Made by a program: the position numbers and the translations under genes. The notes under the pieces were generated by a model, which searched no databases, was not told the origin of the DNA, and worked only from the letters and a program-made list of their open reading frames with translations. Below, one piece after another: positions 41,078 to 51,843 of a DNA stretch of 64,000 nt. Location of the stretch: the NCBI GenBank assembly GCA_965196985.1, contig CBDALO010000039.1:4575-68574 (forward strand), given 5' to 3'. Positions within the stretch are counted from its first letter, which is position 1. Each line of letters starts with the position of its first letter. This stretch comes from Gammaproteobacteria bacterium. Its GTDB lineage: Bacteria; Pseudomonadota; Gammaproteobacteria; UBA12402.

Positions 41078-42418
41078 ATGGAAACGGCAGGTACAGCATT
41101 AGAGAAGCTAAACTGGCAGGAAGCAAGAGAGTTATTGTTGAGCTACCAGCCTCACTTCGTTGAGCTTGTTGATGAGCTGGCCCCTGATGATGAGTGTTGC
41201 TTTTATCGAGCAGTTTATCCTTATGGTAGTGAAATTTTGCAACAAGGCAGTTTCTATCTTCCTGCTGAAGAAGGGGGGTTGATAGCGCTTGATGATGCCA
41301 GTCTTGATATTAAGCTTAAACAACAACTGGGTTACAACTTGGGCTCAAACCCAGCAGCAATAATGCTGAATAATACATTAGAGCTTTTCTCTCCACTATC
41401 CGATCGTACTTTGCCATTAGGTGGTTTGATTATGCCTGGCTCAATGTTTGGTATGGCGCGCATGCTAACACGCACTCATCTCCCTAACCAGCCACGTTTT
41501 ATTTGGGGAATGACTGCTGGAGCACGGTCTTTATTTATGTTGCCCAAAGTTGCCGAGCGAGAAAAATTTAAGCGTTTAAAGCGGGCTTTTGATTTAACGT
41601 TGGATAAGCCGAAAGCTTTAGTTGATCACTGGTCTGTTTTTTGTGAGATAGCTAACCATGCTAGCTTTACCCAACCATGGCAGGCTGAAGTACTGTTTTT
41701 TTCTAGAGCTTGGTTTGATCGTTTGAATGATATACGTTGGCAAGCAATAGCTAACTTCTTTTATAGTTATGCCTGGGAGCAGGCTGACTATTGGCAGAAT
41801 CAATTTGTTTGGAATCTTATTTTTTCTCTTATTCAGCGTGAGACTAGTTTGCGAGCTAACTTGTTCGTTGCTGATACAGTAAAATGCTTATTATCTATTG
41901 CGTCAGGGGGGGCACCTGGGTTTGCCCCTGCGGTTGACAACAATGCGGGCCCCATTCAAGGTTTACAGCAAGCGTATCAAGACGTTTATGGTTTGAAAAA
42001 TTATTTACCCATTATTATGGCGCCAGCAAAATTTGATATACTTGCAGCCCAGGTCATGCCGGTTTATTACTCATTGCAGTTTCCGACAGCGATTGAATTT
42101 GGCCCTAAACCAAGCAAACACTCAAGTTTATTGACGGATTTGAATGACTTACGAGTTATGATTGATAAGTATTTGCAAGCATTACGTTCTAATAAATATC
42201 ATATCGAGCAAACCCAGTTGTATGCAGCAATACAAGAAATACAGTTCGATTACTTCCATGCCAATGCGGGAACTTATAAAGGCGTTAAGGACACAGCACT
42301 TTTACCGCAAGGAGATGCAAACTTGCTTACTACTCTTATTGATAGTCAGGCAGAAGAATTTCCAGCCGCCGCCGCCTTTTTGAAGGGATGTATACGGCTT
42401 AGTCGTCAGGAAACATAA
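41078..42418 (+). CDS. hypothetical protein, paralog 1 of a tandem pair (446 aa)
   Basis: No motif I recognise. Clearly homologous to 42704-44041 along the whole length. Confidence 0.7.
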   Translation: METAGTALEKLNWQEARELLLSYQPHFVELVDELAPDDECCFYRAVYPYGSEILQQGSFYLPAEEGGLIALDDASLDIKLKQQLGYNLGSNPAAIMLNNTLELFSPLSDRTLPLGGLIMPGSMFGMARMLTRTHLPNQPRFIWGMTAGARSLFMLPKVAEREKFKRLKRAFDLTLDKPKALVDHWSVFCEIANHASFTQPWQAEVLFFSRAWFDRLNDIRWQAIANFFYSYAWEQADYWQNQFVWNLIFSLIQRETSLRANLFVADTVKCLLSIASGGAPGFAPAVDNNAGPIQGLQQAYQDVYGLKNYLPIIMAPAKFDILAAQVMPVYYSLQFPTAIEFGPKPSKHSSLLTDLNDLRVMIDKYLQALRSNKYHIEQTQLYAAIQEIQFDYFHANAGTYKGVKDTALLPQGDANLLTTLIDSQAEEFPAAAAFLKGCIRLSRQET

Positions 42419-42703
42419 ATAGAATTATTTTGCTTGCAGAAAATGCACTCCAATTTTACATCTTGCTTGACAGAACCTTACAATAAGGCAACATAAAGGC
42501 TTGCTTGTATCTGCTCGCTTGAGAGTAGGGCTGCCAAGGCTGAAAGGTGGCGAGTCCTTGGGATATAAATTGCTTGGGAACGACTAATTAGTTAGCCCTG
42601 AAAAACTGTTTAAGCGATTGAGAAGGAAAATAAATCGAAAGTTTATGCAGAGGAAGGTTTCTCAGCAAAGGTTTAACTAATTAGCACGTAATGGAGTAAG
42701 TTA

Positions 42704-44041
42704 ATGAAGGAATACGATGGGTTTGCACTAACAGCATTAAATTGGGCTGAGGCAAGAGATCAAGCCAAAAAGGTTAATCCTGAATTTGCCGCATTAGTTG
42801 ATGAGTTAGAGCCTGATGATAGTTGTAAGCTTTATCATGTTAAATATCCTTATGGCGCACAGTTTTTGCAAAGTGGTGAATTTTTTCTTCCTGGCGATAA
42901 AGGACAATTAGTCCCATTTGTCGATATAGATATTCCTACTGATGTCAAAGATGATTTAAGCTACAAACTTAATACTAATCCTGTGAGCATGGTGCTGCAT
43001 AACTCAATTGAAATGTACATGACTTTAGAGGATAGAATTATCCCATTTAGCATTAGTGGTCCGGGTAGTATTTTTGGTTTATGGCGAGTTTTAGATCAGC
43101 CTGGAGAAGGTAAGCTTTCTCATACTTCAGTTTTTATGTGGGATATGACTGCTGGTGCCCGTTCTATTTTCATGTTGCCAAAAATTTCTGAAGCGCTAGC
43201 CCATAATAAGTTAAAACAAGCCATGCATATTAGCATCGATAAGCCGCGTGACTTACTTGATCATTGGAGGGTTTTTAAAGAAATTGCTGCGCAGCCCGAT
43301 TTTGCTGAGCCTTGGTATGTTGAGATGTTCTTTTTCTCTAAACAGTGGTTTGAGCGAATGCTAGAGCCCAAGTGGATTAAGCTTTATCAATATTTGTTGG
43401 ATAAAACTTGGCGTAGTACAGAGTTTTGGCGCAATCAGTTTGTTTGGAACCTAACTTTTACACGTATTCAAAGTATGCGTAAGATCAAGGCATCTGCTTA
43501 TATTGCTGATATAATAAAGCATATTTTTGCTATTGGTACAGGGGCAGTACCTGGTTTCCAGCCTGCGCTAGATAATAGTTTGGCACCAGTATCAGGTTTG
43601 CAACAAGCTTACCTTGACCACTACGAGCTTAAAAATTATGCGCCAATTATGATGGTGCCGCATCTGTTCACAGCTTGTGAGACTTCGGGTGCTGTGTATT
43701 ACTCGCTGCAATTTCCCACTGCACTGGAACTTTCGCCAAAGACGAGTGGGCGCTCTAGCGCTATTTCAGATCTTTATGATGTGCGTTCATTGATCAATAA
43801 ATACTTAACACACATGAAGCATGAAAGTTTAAATATTGAGGCAACACCACTTTATGAGTTATCGCGGGCAATACATTTTGACTATTATCATAGTAATGTT
43901 GAGCTTTATGAGGGGATGAAGGCAAGCGAACAGCTCATTGAAGACGATCCTATATTTGCTGAGGTTATGAAAAAGTTTCCTGGGCGAGAATTTCCTAAAA
44001 ATAGTGCCTTTGTTAAGGGCGTTATTGGTATCCATCGTTAG
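42704..44041 (+). CDS. hypothetical protein, paralog 2 of a tandem pair (445 aa)
   Basis: Shares LNW.EAR, LVDEL.PDD.C, YPYG, W.MTAGARS.FMLPK, NQFVWNL.F and YYSLQFPTA.E blocks with 41078-42418. Confidence 0.7.
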   Translation: MKEYDGFALTALNWAEARDQAKKVNPEFAALVDELEPDDSCKLYHVKYPYGAQFLQSGEFFLPGDKGQLVPFVDIDIPTDVKDDLSYKLNTNPVSMVLHNSIEMYMTLEDRIIPFSISGPGSIFGLWRVLDQPGEGKLSHTSVFMWDMTAGARSIFMLPKISEALAHNKLKQAMHISIDKPRDLLDHWRVFKEIAAQPDFAEPWYVEMFFFSKQWFERMLEPKWIKLYQYLLDKTWRSTEFWRNQFVWNLTFTRIQSMRKIKASAYIADIIKHIFAIGTGAVPGFQPALDNSLAPVSGLQQAYLDHYELKNYAPIMMVPHLFTACETSGAVYYSLQFPTALELSPKTSGRSSAISDLYDVRSLINKYLTHMKHESLNIEATPLYELSRAIHFDYYHSNVELYEGMKASEQLIEDDPIFAEVMKKFPGREFPKNSAFVKGVIGIHR

Positions 44042-44171
44042 CTCTAGTTTGTAAGCTGCTTATTTAATAGTTTTAATCAGGGTGGTTGCGCATAATTTGC
44101 CCCTGTGGTTTGTTGCTATTGGACTGTATATAAAGTAACATTACCGTCGAAAAAAAAGGCGGACTAAACAA

Positions 44172-45263
44172 ATGAAGTTCATCGACTTAGGTCTACAATA
44201 CCAAAGCTATAAATCAGAAATTGATCAATCTATCCAGAACGTTCTAAACCATGGGCAGTATATTAAAGGGCCTGAGCATCATGAGCTAGAAAGCAAACTT
44301 GCTGAATATACCGGTGCTAAGTATTGTATAGGTTGTGAAAATGGCACAACAGCGTTAGAAGTGGCCATGAGGGCTTTAGGTGTTGGGCAAGGTGATGAAG
44401 TAATTACGGTTTCTTTTAGTTACTTTGCTACTGCAGAAACCATTATGGTATTGGGTGCTATGCCGGTCTTTATTGATGTGGATGAAGCCACTTATAATAT
44501 GGACCCAGGTTTAATTGAGGCCGCGATTTCTGATAAAACCAAAGCGATTATCGTTGTTAGTCTTTATGGGCAATGTGCTGATATGGACGCTATTAATGTC
44601 ATTGCCAATAAACATAATTTGCCTGTGATTGAAGATGCAGCACAAAGCTTTGGTGCGACTTATCATGGAAGAAGGTCATGTAACTTATCAACGATTGCAA
44701 CGACCAGCTTTTTTCCATCCAAGCCTTTAGGTTGTTATGGTGATGGTGGTGCGTGCTTTACGAGCGATGAAGCATTAGCAGAAAAGATGCGGATGATAGT
44801 TAACCATGGTCAGCGTAAACGTTATGTGCATGAAATTATTGGCATGAATGCACGTTTAGATACTTTGCAGGCAGCTATTCTGTTGGCTAAGTTGCCACAT
44901 TTTGACGATGAAATTAAGGCGCGCCAGCAAGTGGCAAAGTGGTATGCACATTACTTAGGTGCTCATGTAGTTATACCAACTATTGCGGAATATAATATGA
45001 GTGTATTTGGACAGTACACAGTTTTAGTAGAGAATCGTGATCAGGTTCAAGCTAGGCTAAAAGAACAAGGTATCCCAACTGCTGTTCATTACCCAATCCC
45101 TATGCATAAACAGCCTGCATTTGCAGAATTACCCTTGGCAAATACCCATTTGCCCGTGTCGGAAAAACTCTCACAAAAAGTTATAAGCCTTCCCTTTTAT
45201 CCTTTTATGCAAGAAGAAAATGTTAAAAAAGTTGCAGATGCATTAATCAATGCAGTTCAATAA
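44172..45263 (+). CDS. wbpE: DegT/DnrJ/EryC1-family aminotransferase (UDP-2-acetamido-2-deoxy-3-oxo-glucuronate aminotransferase-like)
   Basis: FIDL..Q......I...I..VL.HGQYI.GPE..ELE..LA...GAKYCI.C.NGT.AL pattern, as in WbpE. Lies next to wbpA/B/D-like genes. Confidence 0.75.
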   Translation: MKFIDLGLQYQSYKSEIDQSIQNVLNHGQYIKGPEHHELESKLAEYTGAKYCIGCENGTTALEVAMRALGVGQGDEVITVSFSYFATAETIMVLGAMPVFIDVDEATYNMDPGLIEAAISDKTKAIIVVSLYGQCADMDAINVIANKHNLPVIEDAAQSFGATYHGRRSCNLSTIATTSFFPSKPLGCYGDGGACFTSDEALAEKMRMIVNHGQRKRYVHEIIGMNARLDTLQAAILLAKLPHFDDEIKARQQVAKWYAHYLGAHVVIPTIAEYNMSVFGQYTVLVENRDQVQARLKEQGIPTAVHYPIPMHKQPAFAELPLANTHLPVSEKLSQKVISLPFYPFMQEENVKKVADALINAVQ

Positions 45264-45277
45264 AGTAGAGGCAAGGA

Positions 45278-46582
45278 ATGTCAATCAATTCACTAATTGA
45301 AAAAATTGAAAGTAGGACCTTAACTGTAGGTGTAATAGGCTTGGGTTACGTGGGCTTGCCTTTCTTAGTAGAGAAAGCCAAGGTGGGTTTAAGTTGTGTT
45401 GGTTTTGATAAAAGTATCCGAGTGGTTGATGGTGTTAGTCAAGGTGTGAGTCATATAGAAGATGTTGCCAGTGAAGAATTGGCAAAGGTGATAGCTGCAG
45501 GTAAAGTTACAGCTACTACTGATTTCACTCGGTTATCTGATGCTGATGTAATTGTTATTTGTGTACCGACACCACTTGATAAAAACCTATCTCCTGATTT
45601 GTCATATGTTGAGGCAGCTAGTCAAACAATAGCCGATAGTTTGCGGCCAGGGCAGTTAATTAGCTTAGAGTCAACAACTTATCCTGGTACAACGGTTGAT
45701 GTGATTTGTCCAATTTTGGAAAAAACCGGTTTAAAGTCGGGTCATGATTTTTTCTTAGCTTACTCACCTGAGCGTGTTGATCCGGGTAATAAGCGTTACA
45801 CCACAAAGAATACCAGCAAAGTTGTTGGTGCTGATGATAAGGATAGTTTAAAAGCAGCAGAGGCTTTTTATAAGCTGGCTATTGAACATGTAGTGCCGGT
45901 AGCTAGTACGAAAATAGCTGAGATGGTGAAAGTTTATGAGAATACTTACCGCTCAGTAAATATTGCACTGGCCAATGAGATGGCATTGCTATGCGATAAG
46001 ATGGACATTGATGTATGGGAAATGTTAGACGCTGCATTTACTAAGCCTTTTGGCATTCTTCCCTTTTATCCTGGCCCGGGTGTGGGTGGACATTGTATCC
46101 CCATCGATCCGCACTATTTAGAATGGAAGGCCAAAGAGTATAATTTTAATACACGCTTCATTAATGTAGCTGGTGAAATTAATCGTCGTATGCCAAATTT
46201 TGTGGTTTCAAAAGCAGCTCGTATTTTAAATGACAGAGAAAAAGCAGTTAAAGGTAGCAAGGTATTGCTCTTAGGTATGGCTTATAAAAAAGATTTGCCT
46301 GACTATCGTGAGTCACCAGCTTTAGACGTTTACCGTGTATTTAAAGAGTTGCAAGCTGATCTCCTTTACCACGACTCTTATGTTGCTGAGATTAACGACG
46401 ATGATATTGAGGCTAAGTCAGTGGCTTTAACCGAAGCTTTGTTAAGTGAGGTCGACTTGATAGTGGTTACGACGAATCACAGTAACGTTGACTATGCTTG
46501 GGTATGTCAACATGCAAAAGCGGTACTTGATACACGTAATGCTTGCAAGGCCCTTGATAACGATACTATTGTGAGGCTTTAG
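45278..46582 (+). CDS. wbpA: UDP-N-acetyl-D-glucosamine 6-dehydrogenase-like nucleotide-sugar dehydrogenase
   Basis: N-terminal Rossmann motif VGVIGLGYVGLP, ..YSPERVDPGN.., ..PGPGVGGHCIPIDP.. (catalytic Cys), 434 aa. Confidence 0.75.
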   Translation: MSINSLIEKIESRTLTVGVIGLGYVGLPFLVEKAKVGLSCVGFDKSIRVVDGVSQGVSHIEDVASEELAKVIAAGKVTATTDFTRLSDADVIVICVPTPLDKNLSPDLSYVEAASQTIADSLRPGQLISLESTTYPGTTVDVICPILEKTGLKSGHDFFLAYSPERVDPGNKRYTTKNTSKVVGADDKDSLKAAEAFYKLAIEHVVPVASTKIAEMVKVYENTYRSVNIALANEMALLCDKMDIDVWEMLDAAFTKPFGILPFYPGPGVGGHCIPIDPHYLEWKAKEYNFNTRFINVAGEINRRMPNFVVSKAARILNDREKAVKGSKVLLLGMAYKKDLPDYRESPALDVYRVFKELQADLLYHDSYVAEINDDDIEAKSVALTEALLSEVDLIVVTTNHSNVDYAWVCQHAKAVLDTRNACKALDNDTIVRL

Positions 46583-46583
46583 C

Positions 46584-47540
46584 ATGAAAAAGGTTGCTGT
46601 CATTGGGGGCGGTAATTGGGGTAAGAACTTAATTCGCACCTTTTATGAACTGGGTGTATTGCAAGCAGTAGCTGAAGCAAATGATGAATTAAGGGAAGGG
46701 CTTGCTAAGCAGTACTCAGATATAACGTTTTATACTTCACATGAAGAGGTCTTGGCTTCAAATATAGAAGCTGTGGCGATCGCAACACCTGTTTTTACTC
46801 ACTTTGAGCTAGCTAAACAAGCCTTGCAGGCGGGCAAAGATGTTTTTGTTGAAAAACCGATGACCGAAACTGAAGAGGGGGCGAGGGTATTAAAAGATTT
46901 AGCTGATAGCTTGGGTCGTGTGTTGATGGTTGGGCATATGTTATTATTTCAACCAGCAATGAGTTTTATTAAACAGTTTATTATTGATGGTAAGTTGGGT
47001 CGTGTATTTGCTTATCATCAAACGCGCAAAAACTTAGGTACGATACGCACACGAGAGAATGCCTTATTTTCATTGGGGGTGCATGACGTTGCTGTATTAG
47101 ATTATTTGGTAGGTGAGGAGCCAATGTCAGTGCAGTCACAGGGGCAACAGGTTACAACGAAAGGTGTGGAAGACGAAGTGACTTTGCACATCGCCTATCC
47201 TTCTGGTGTGCAAGCACACCTTTATTTAAGTTGGTTATGGCCTTATAAAGAACGCCATTTAATGGTGCAAGGTGAAAAGGGCGCTTTGTTTTTTGATGAG
47301 TTAAACGCAAAAGTAACCTGGCTTAAAAATCATGGTAACGCCGATGCTACGGTGACGACTGGTGGTGCAGAGGTGGTTTTCGAGGGAGCTGATAAACCGT
47401 TAACGCTTGAGTTGCAGCACTTTTTAGAATGTTTGGAAACGAGGGAGTTGCCACGTAGCCACGCTGAACAAGGTAGGCGAGTGGTGGATATTATGGAAAA
47501 AACAATGAAGGATATGCGAATTACATGTATGACGGCGTAA
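46584..47540 (+). CDS. wbpB: Gfo/Idh/MocA-family oxidoreductase (UDP-GlcNAcA 3-dehydrogenase-like)
   Basis: [15 protein letters not shown].., ..VFVEKPM.., 318 aa. Sits between the wbpA-like and wbpD-like genes. Confidence 0.7.
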   Translation: MKKVAVIGGGNWGKNLIRTFYELGVLQAVAEANDELREGLAKQYSDITFYTSHEEVLASNIEAVAIATPVFTHFELAKQALQAGKDVFVEKPMTETEEGARVLKDLADSLGRVLMVGHMLLFQPAMSFIKQFIIDGKLGRVFAYHQTRKNLGTIRTRENALFSLGVHDVAVLDYLVGEEPMSVQSQGQQVTTKGVEDEVTLHIAYPSGVQAHLYLSWLWPYKERHLMVQGEKGALFFDELNAKVTWLKNHGNADATVTTGGAEVVFEGADKPLTLELQHFLECLETRELPRSHAEQGRRVVDIMEKTMKDMRITCMTA

Positions 47541-48115
47541 CTGTTCATGAAACTGCTATTGTCGATGAGGGTGCCGTTATCGGTAAAGGTTCACGCGTGT
47601 GGCATTGGGCGCATATTTGCGGGGGTGCCAAAATAGGCGAGGGCTGTAGTTTTGGACAAAACGTTTTTGTTGGCAATAAGGTTGTAATTGGTAATAACGT
47701 CAAAGTGCAAAATAATGTTTCCATTTACGATAATGTTTATTTAGATGATGGCGTATTTTGTGGGCCAAGCATGGTCTTTACTAATGTATATAATCCACGC
47801 AGTGATGTTAGTCGCAAAGACGCTTATATGGATACAGTCGTTAAACGGGGTGTGTCCATGGGGGCTAATTGCACGATTGTCTGTGGTGTGACAATCAATG
47901 AATATGCATTTATCGGTGCTGGCACGGTGATTACTAAAGATGTGAAAGCTTTTGCGTTAATGGTGGGAAACCCAGGTCGACAGATTGGTTGGATGAGCCG
48001 GTTTGGTGAGCGTATTCCTTTACCTTTAGTTGGTGAGGGTGAGTATATTTGTCCGCATGATGGGGCAGTCTACCAATTACTTGATAGTGATATGATAGTG
48101 AAAAGAGATGAATAA
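47525..48115 (+). CDS. wbpD: hexapeptide-repeat N-acetyltransferase (UDP-GlcNAc3NA N-acetyltransferase-like)
   Basis: ..[65 protein letters not shown].., closely WbpD-like, 196 aa. Confidence 0.8.
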   Translation: MYDGVTVHETAIVDEGAVIGKGSRVWHWAHICGGAKIGEGCSFGQNVFVGNKVVIGNNVKVQNNVSIYDNVYLDDGVFCGPSMVFTNVYNPRSDVSRKDAYMDTVVKRGVSMGANCTIVCGVTINEYAFIGAGTVITKDVKAFALMVGNPGRQIGWMSRFGERIPLPLVGEGEYICPHDGAVYQLLDSDMIVKRDE

Positions 48116-48116
48116 A

Positions 48117-48140
48117 CACAGCTACATAGTAGCTTATGTG
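48117..48140. terminator. hairpin between convergent wbpD and the ABC-fragment stop codons
   Basis: agctac-ata-gtagct perfect 6-bp stem (48120-48134), extendable by caca / tgtg. Confidence 0.4.
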
Positions 48141-48153
48141 TGCAGTTAAATTT

Positions 48154-48342
48154 TTAGTTGACTAGTATGCTTTCTTTTAGAGTTACGTTGCCATCTTCAA
48201 AGGCATAAAACAAATCAAAATTACTGATAGTTGATAACCTATGTGCAATTGTGACAAGGGTTACGTTTGATAGATTCTTTAAAACATAGCTCACAGCGCT
48301 TTCAGTATCGTAATCTAATGCTGAGGTAGCTTCATCCATAAC
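48154..48342 (-). pseudogene. ABC exporter ATP-binding domain, C-terminal remnant
   Basis: VMDEATSALDYDTE..VTIAHRLSTI.. (Walker B, D-loop, H-loop). Separated from the signature-motif piece by IS66. Confidence 0.8.
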
Positions 48343-48385
48343 GTAAGCGATCCACGGGCGTCCTTGCTTCCGTAGCTAACACGTG

Positions 48386-48607
48386 CTAGGTGCTATCCGG
48401 CGGCACATTCCATGGCAGCAGTGCCTCAATATCTTCTAATGTTTTGCAATGTGGTAGGCGCTCATAAAGATAGGTGAAGTATCGACAGACATTGTGATGA
48501 TGCAGTTCAGCAGTTAGAGCTAGACTTGCATGCATTGCTAGTGCGTTAGCGCCTGGCATTGTGTCGCAAAATAGAAAGTTCTTCCTTGCAAGCACTAAGA
48601 GCTTAAT
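48386..48607 (-). pseudogene. IS66 TnpC, C-terminal part
   Basis: ..IKLLVLARKNFLFCDTMPGANALAMHASL... Rejoins ..NNHTERDI across the IS5 TSD. Confidence 0.85.
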
Positions 48608-49567
48608 AGACCTTCTGCGTAACTAAGGGCAGTTCTAGAAACTAGCTAAAATTTGCTTATAATTGCCTGATTAATAATCATTCATGGAAAGGCATATGCT
48701 ATTAAGCTATCAGCAACTCAGTAACCGCCCGCGTATTTTTAAAAAGTTAACTGGTTTGACCCTTGATGATTTTGAAACGATACACCAACAAGTGAAGTCA
48801 TCACTTGATGATGAGTTTAGTAAGCTGGGAAGGCGTCCGAAACTCACCACGCACCATGATCGCCTTTTGCTTCTCATGATGTACTATCGCACTTATGTAA
48901 CACATGAATTCTTAGGTTACTTTGTTGGTTTGGATGACAGTAATGTCTGCCGCTTATTTAAACGCTTAGAACCCTTAGTGGCCAAGCATATTCATATTAA
49001 AAAAGACAGAACCCTAACAGAAGATGCGGTTTGCGCTATATTAATGGATGTAACGGAGCAGCCTATTCAGCGCCCCAAAAAGAAGAAGCCACGTAAAGAT
49101 TATTATTCTGGTAAAAAGAAAAGACATACTCAAAAGGTGGAGATAGCAATGAGTACATCCGGAAAAATAATCAACGTCTCTCAAACAATGCCTGGGAGGG
49201 TTCATGATATTAAGATCCGACAACGTGGCAGCCCACTGCCACCAGCAGAAAAATATGCTGATCTAGGATACCAAGGAATTCAACATACTGACCCCTTGGT
49301 TAACTTACCTCATAAAAAGCCCAAAGGCGGCAAATTAACTACTCAACAAAAAGAGGATAACCGTAATCACAGCAAGATCCGTATTAGGGTTGAACATCAA
49401 TTCTCAAAATTTAAAAAATTCCGCATTCTTGGGGAGGTGTATAGGAATTTTCGCAGAAAACACAATATGAGATTTAATATTATTGCTGGGATTCTCAATC
49501 TTCAAGCCGGATTCTAAAACTACAAACGAGCATAAGCTCGCCCAGTATTTAGTTTCGCAGAAGGTCT
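48608..49567 (+). mobile_element. IS5-family IS (960 bp), copy C
   Basis: Same IRs as copies A and B. 3-bp TSD aat at 48605-48607 and 49568-49570. Confidence 0.88.
48684..49517 (+). CDS. IS5-family transposase (277 aa)
   Basis: The protein is identical to that of copy A. Confidence 0.8.
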   Translation: MERHMLLSYQQLSNRPRIFKKLTGLTLDDFETIHQQVKSSLDDEFSKLGRRPKLTTHHDRLLLLMMYYRTYVTHEFLGYFVGLDDSNVCRLFKRLEPLVAKHIHIKKDRTLTEDAVCAILMDVTEQPIQRPKKKKPRKDYYSGKKKRHTQKVEIAMSTSGKIINVSQTMPGRVHDIKIRQRGSPLPPAEKYADLGYQGIQHTDPLVNLPHKKPKGGKLTTQQKEDNRNHSKIRIRVEHQFSKFKKFRILGEVYRNFRRKHNMRFNIIAGILNLQAGF

Positions 49568-50878
49568 AATGTCTCTCTCTGTGTGATTGTTATCAATCTC
49601 ACATCTACCATCATCAAGAAACCGAGTCATGTTTTCCCAATGCTTGATGACATATTCCATTGCCCTGCCAAGATGAGATTGTGGTAGAACCTTTGGATAA
49701 TACTCCTCTAGCCACTCCTTGTACTCATCCATAATCGGTTTTGATTCTTTCTGCCGAAGCGCAAGGCGTTGCTCAGGCGACATCTCTTCTTCTTTCGCCT
49801 TTCTTTCAATCCGGTAGAGTTTTTTATAGACCCGCATAGCATGAGCGGCTAACCCATTCTTTTTGGTCGCCTTGGTGATCTCTTCAAATTTCCTGCGGGC
49901 ATGAAGGTTGCACGCAATGATCGTAACGCCGGTATTTTCTAATTGGTCGAATATAGGGCTTGCATCAGTATGAAGCTTGCCAGTCCACCCTTGAAACCAT
50001 TCTACTAGAAACTCACTGTGGTCACTTGGCGTATAGGCAAACAGGATAACCTCACGAACAGGAGCACCACCTCGCATGCAATGAATCAGTGACTTAGTTT
50101 GTGGCCGTCGACCAGGCTCTTTTAAGACTTGTAATTTAGTCGCGTCACAACTTGCTATTTCATAATCCAGCAGCTCATCCTTCAATAGATTATAAATCGG
50201 CTGTAAAGGTTTAGTCAGCTCAATAAACCAACGTGACATAGTTTGCCTGGATAGATTGACGCCGTATTGTGAGCGTAGTTGTTTTTCTAAATGATAAAAG
50301 GGTTGTCTATCCCTGATTTTACTAGACACTAAATGCGCTAGTAATGATTCAGACGCCTCGGCCTTAGGTAGGATATGTAAAGGCTTAGGTGCAACCGTAA
50401 CACCACCTTGCTCGCAATCACAGCCTAGTTTTTCACGGCGCTCTTCAATCATTTCAAAGACAGCTGGTTTGTAGTTCAGTATTTTTTTAGTCTCAAAACC
50501 CATTGGGCATTTTTCTTTACCGCAAGGACAAATACGCTGGTCATCAGGTACTGGAATGATTCTCACCGTCACAGGTAATTCATTCTTGACCTTCTTCTTA
50601 CGTTTGTGAGAAGAGACAACAACTGCTTCATCATCTTCTTGATCCTCCGGTGTTGAGAGATCACCGAAGAGTGGCAACTGATCTTCTATGTAGCGCTCAG
50701 ATTTACTACCAAAATGCTGTCGTTGGAGCTTAGCAAATTGTATCTTCAAATGATCATAAGCCTCGGCATACTGTTCAACACGAGCATGTTCTATTTCAAG
50801 CTTATGACAAAGCTTTTCATTTATTCCGACTTGTTGATAGAAAAGCTCACTAGGGACTGTTTGCATTGCGTTTCTCAT
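49568..50878 (-). pseudogene. IS66 TnpC, N-terminal part
   Basis: Leucine-zipper-like N-terminus, ..CPCGKEKCPMG.. Zn motif, ..ASCDATKLQVL.., ..ACNLHARRKFEE... Confidence 0.85.
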
Positions 50879-51106
50879 TCAAGTAACTACTGCAAAGTGT
50901 ACCATGACATTTTAAGTGCAATATTTTCTTCCTCAGGCGCTTGGTTAGCGCATATTACTTTTTTGGGGTAGCTGGTCATTGTGATGTTTTCTTTTCAACT
51001 CCTAGCGGATCTCACAAAGCCTGGGCTAAGGATATAAAACAAGCATTAAAATCACGTGTAAAATCAAAAAACACAGAAAAAACCTGTCAAGACTTTTTTT
51101 GCCATT

Positions 51107-51463
51107 TTAGTAAAAAAACTCGGGAGAGACTTTGGGTAATGACTTTTGCTTCATCCAGTTTAAACCTGACAATAACCAGCTTAACTGATCTTGGGTCAAC
51201 TCGATAGTCTCATCTGCTTCGCTAGGGAACTTCAGCTTACCTTTTTCTAATCGTTTGTAGCAAAGCCAAAAACCATTTTGGTCGTACCAAAGTAATTTTA
51301 TTTTATCGCGCTGCCTGTTACGAAAAAGAAATAGCTGGCCTGAGCTTGGGGTCATTGAGAGATGATCGGCAATCAGCATTACTAGGCCATCAATCTGTTT
51401 TCTAAAGTCCACAGGGGTACGATAAAACCAGATCGGTGTTTTCCAGTTCTGAAACATTAGCAA
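51107..51463 (-). CDS. IS66 Orf2 (TnpB) protein
   Basis: ..PVDFRKQIDGLVMLI..GQLFLFRNRQRDKIKLLWYDQNGFWLCYKRLEKGKLKFP... Confidence 0.85.
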   Translation of the reverse strand: MLMFQNWKTPIWFYRTPVDFRKQIDGLVMLIADHLSMTPSSGQLFLFRNRQRDKIKLLWYDQNGFWLCYKRLEKGKLKFPSEADETIELTQDQLSWLLSGLNWMKQKSLPKVSPEFFY

Positions 51464-51756
51464 AGCCTCTGAATCAAAGACGCTAAGCTATCCTGGTCAT
51501 AAAAGCTAATCTGTATGTGTGAGTTGACCTGCATGACAGCCACTGGTTGTGCTGGCTGCTCAGACACGCAAACAACCTTTGCTAGCGTTTTTTGCTGTTC
51601 TCTTCTCAAACGATAGAGAAACTGCGTGTAAGGTACGTTATTCTCTCGGCAGTATTTCGCTTTGGTTAACTTGCTTTGCTTAAAGTCGGAAAGGTGTTTT
51701 TCCCAATAAGCATCTGTGTAAGTAGCATTTTCATTTTCAGGATTTGTTGCTGACAT
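51457..51756 (-). CDS. IS66 Orf1 (TnpA) protein
   Basis: 99-aa HTH-like ORF overlapping tnpB by 7 nt, in the usual IS66 arrangement. Confidence 0.75.
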   Translation of the reverse strand: MSATNPENENATYTDAYWEKHLSDFKQSKLTKAKYCRENNVPYTQFLYRLRREQQKTLAKVVCVSEQPAQPVAVMQVNSHIQISFYDQDSLASLIQRLC

Positions 51757-51843
51757 ACCGTAAGCTCCTTGTTACTATTTGCGGGAGCATACAGTCACAT
51801 GAATTTAACTAGTTGACTAGGGTGTACTTGCTGGATCGCTTAC

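Larger units (their letters stand above)
48343..51843 (-). mobile_element. IS66-family IS (about 2538 bp of own sequence) carrying IS5-family copy C
   Basis: Terminal gtaagcgatcca.. / ..tggatcgcttac (IS66 ends begin GTAAGCG). tnpA-tnpB-tnpC gene order. No TSD visible. Confidence 0.85.

Noticed and set aside
42419-42703. 285-bp spacer between the two 445-aa paralogs as a possible riboswitch or sRNA
   Set aside because: It contains a TTGACA hexamer, but I could not find a convincing -10 at proper spacing, a conserved fold or a terminator. This is not supportable without comparative data.
50714-51207. Two plus-strand ORFs (85 and 88 aa) in and around the IS66 tnpB-tnpC spacer
   Set aside because: They overlap IS66 genes on the opposite strand and have no recognisable features. 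The unusually long (about 228 bp) tnpB-tnpC spacer is noted, but I cannot interpret it.
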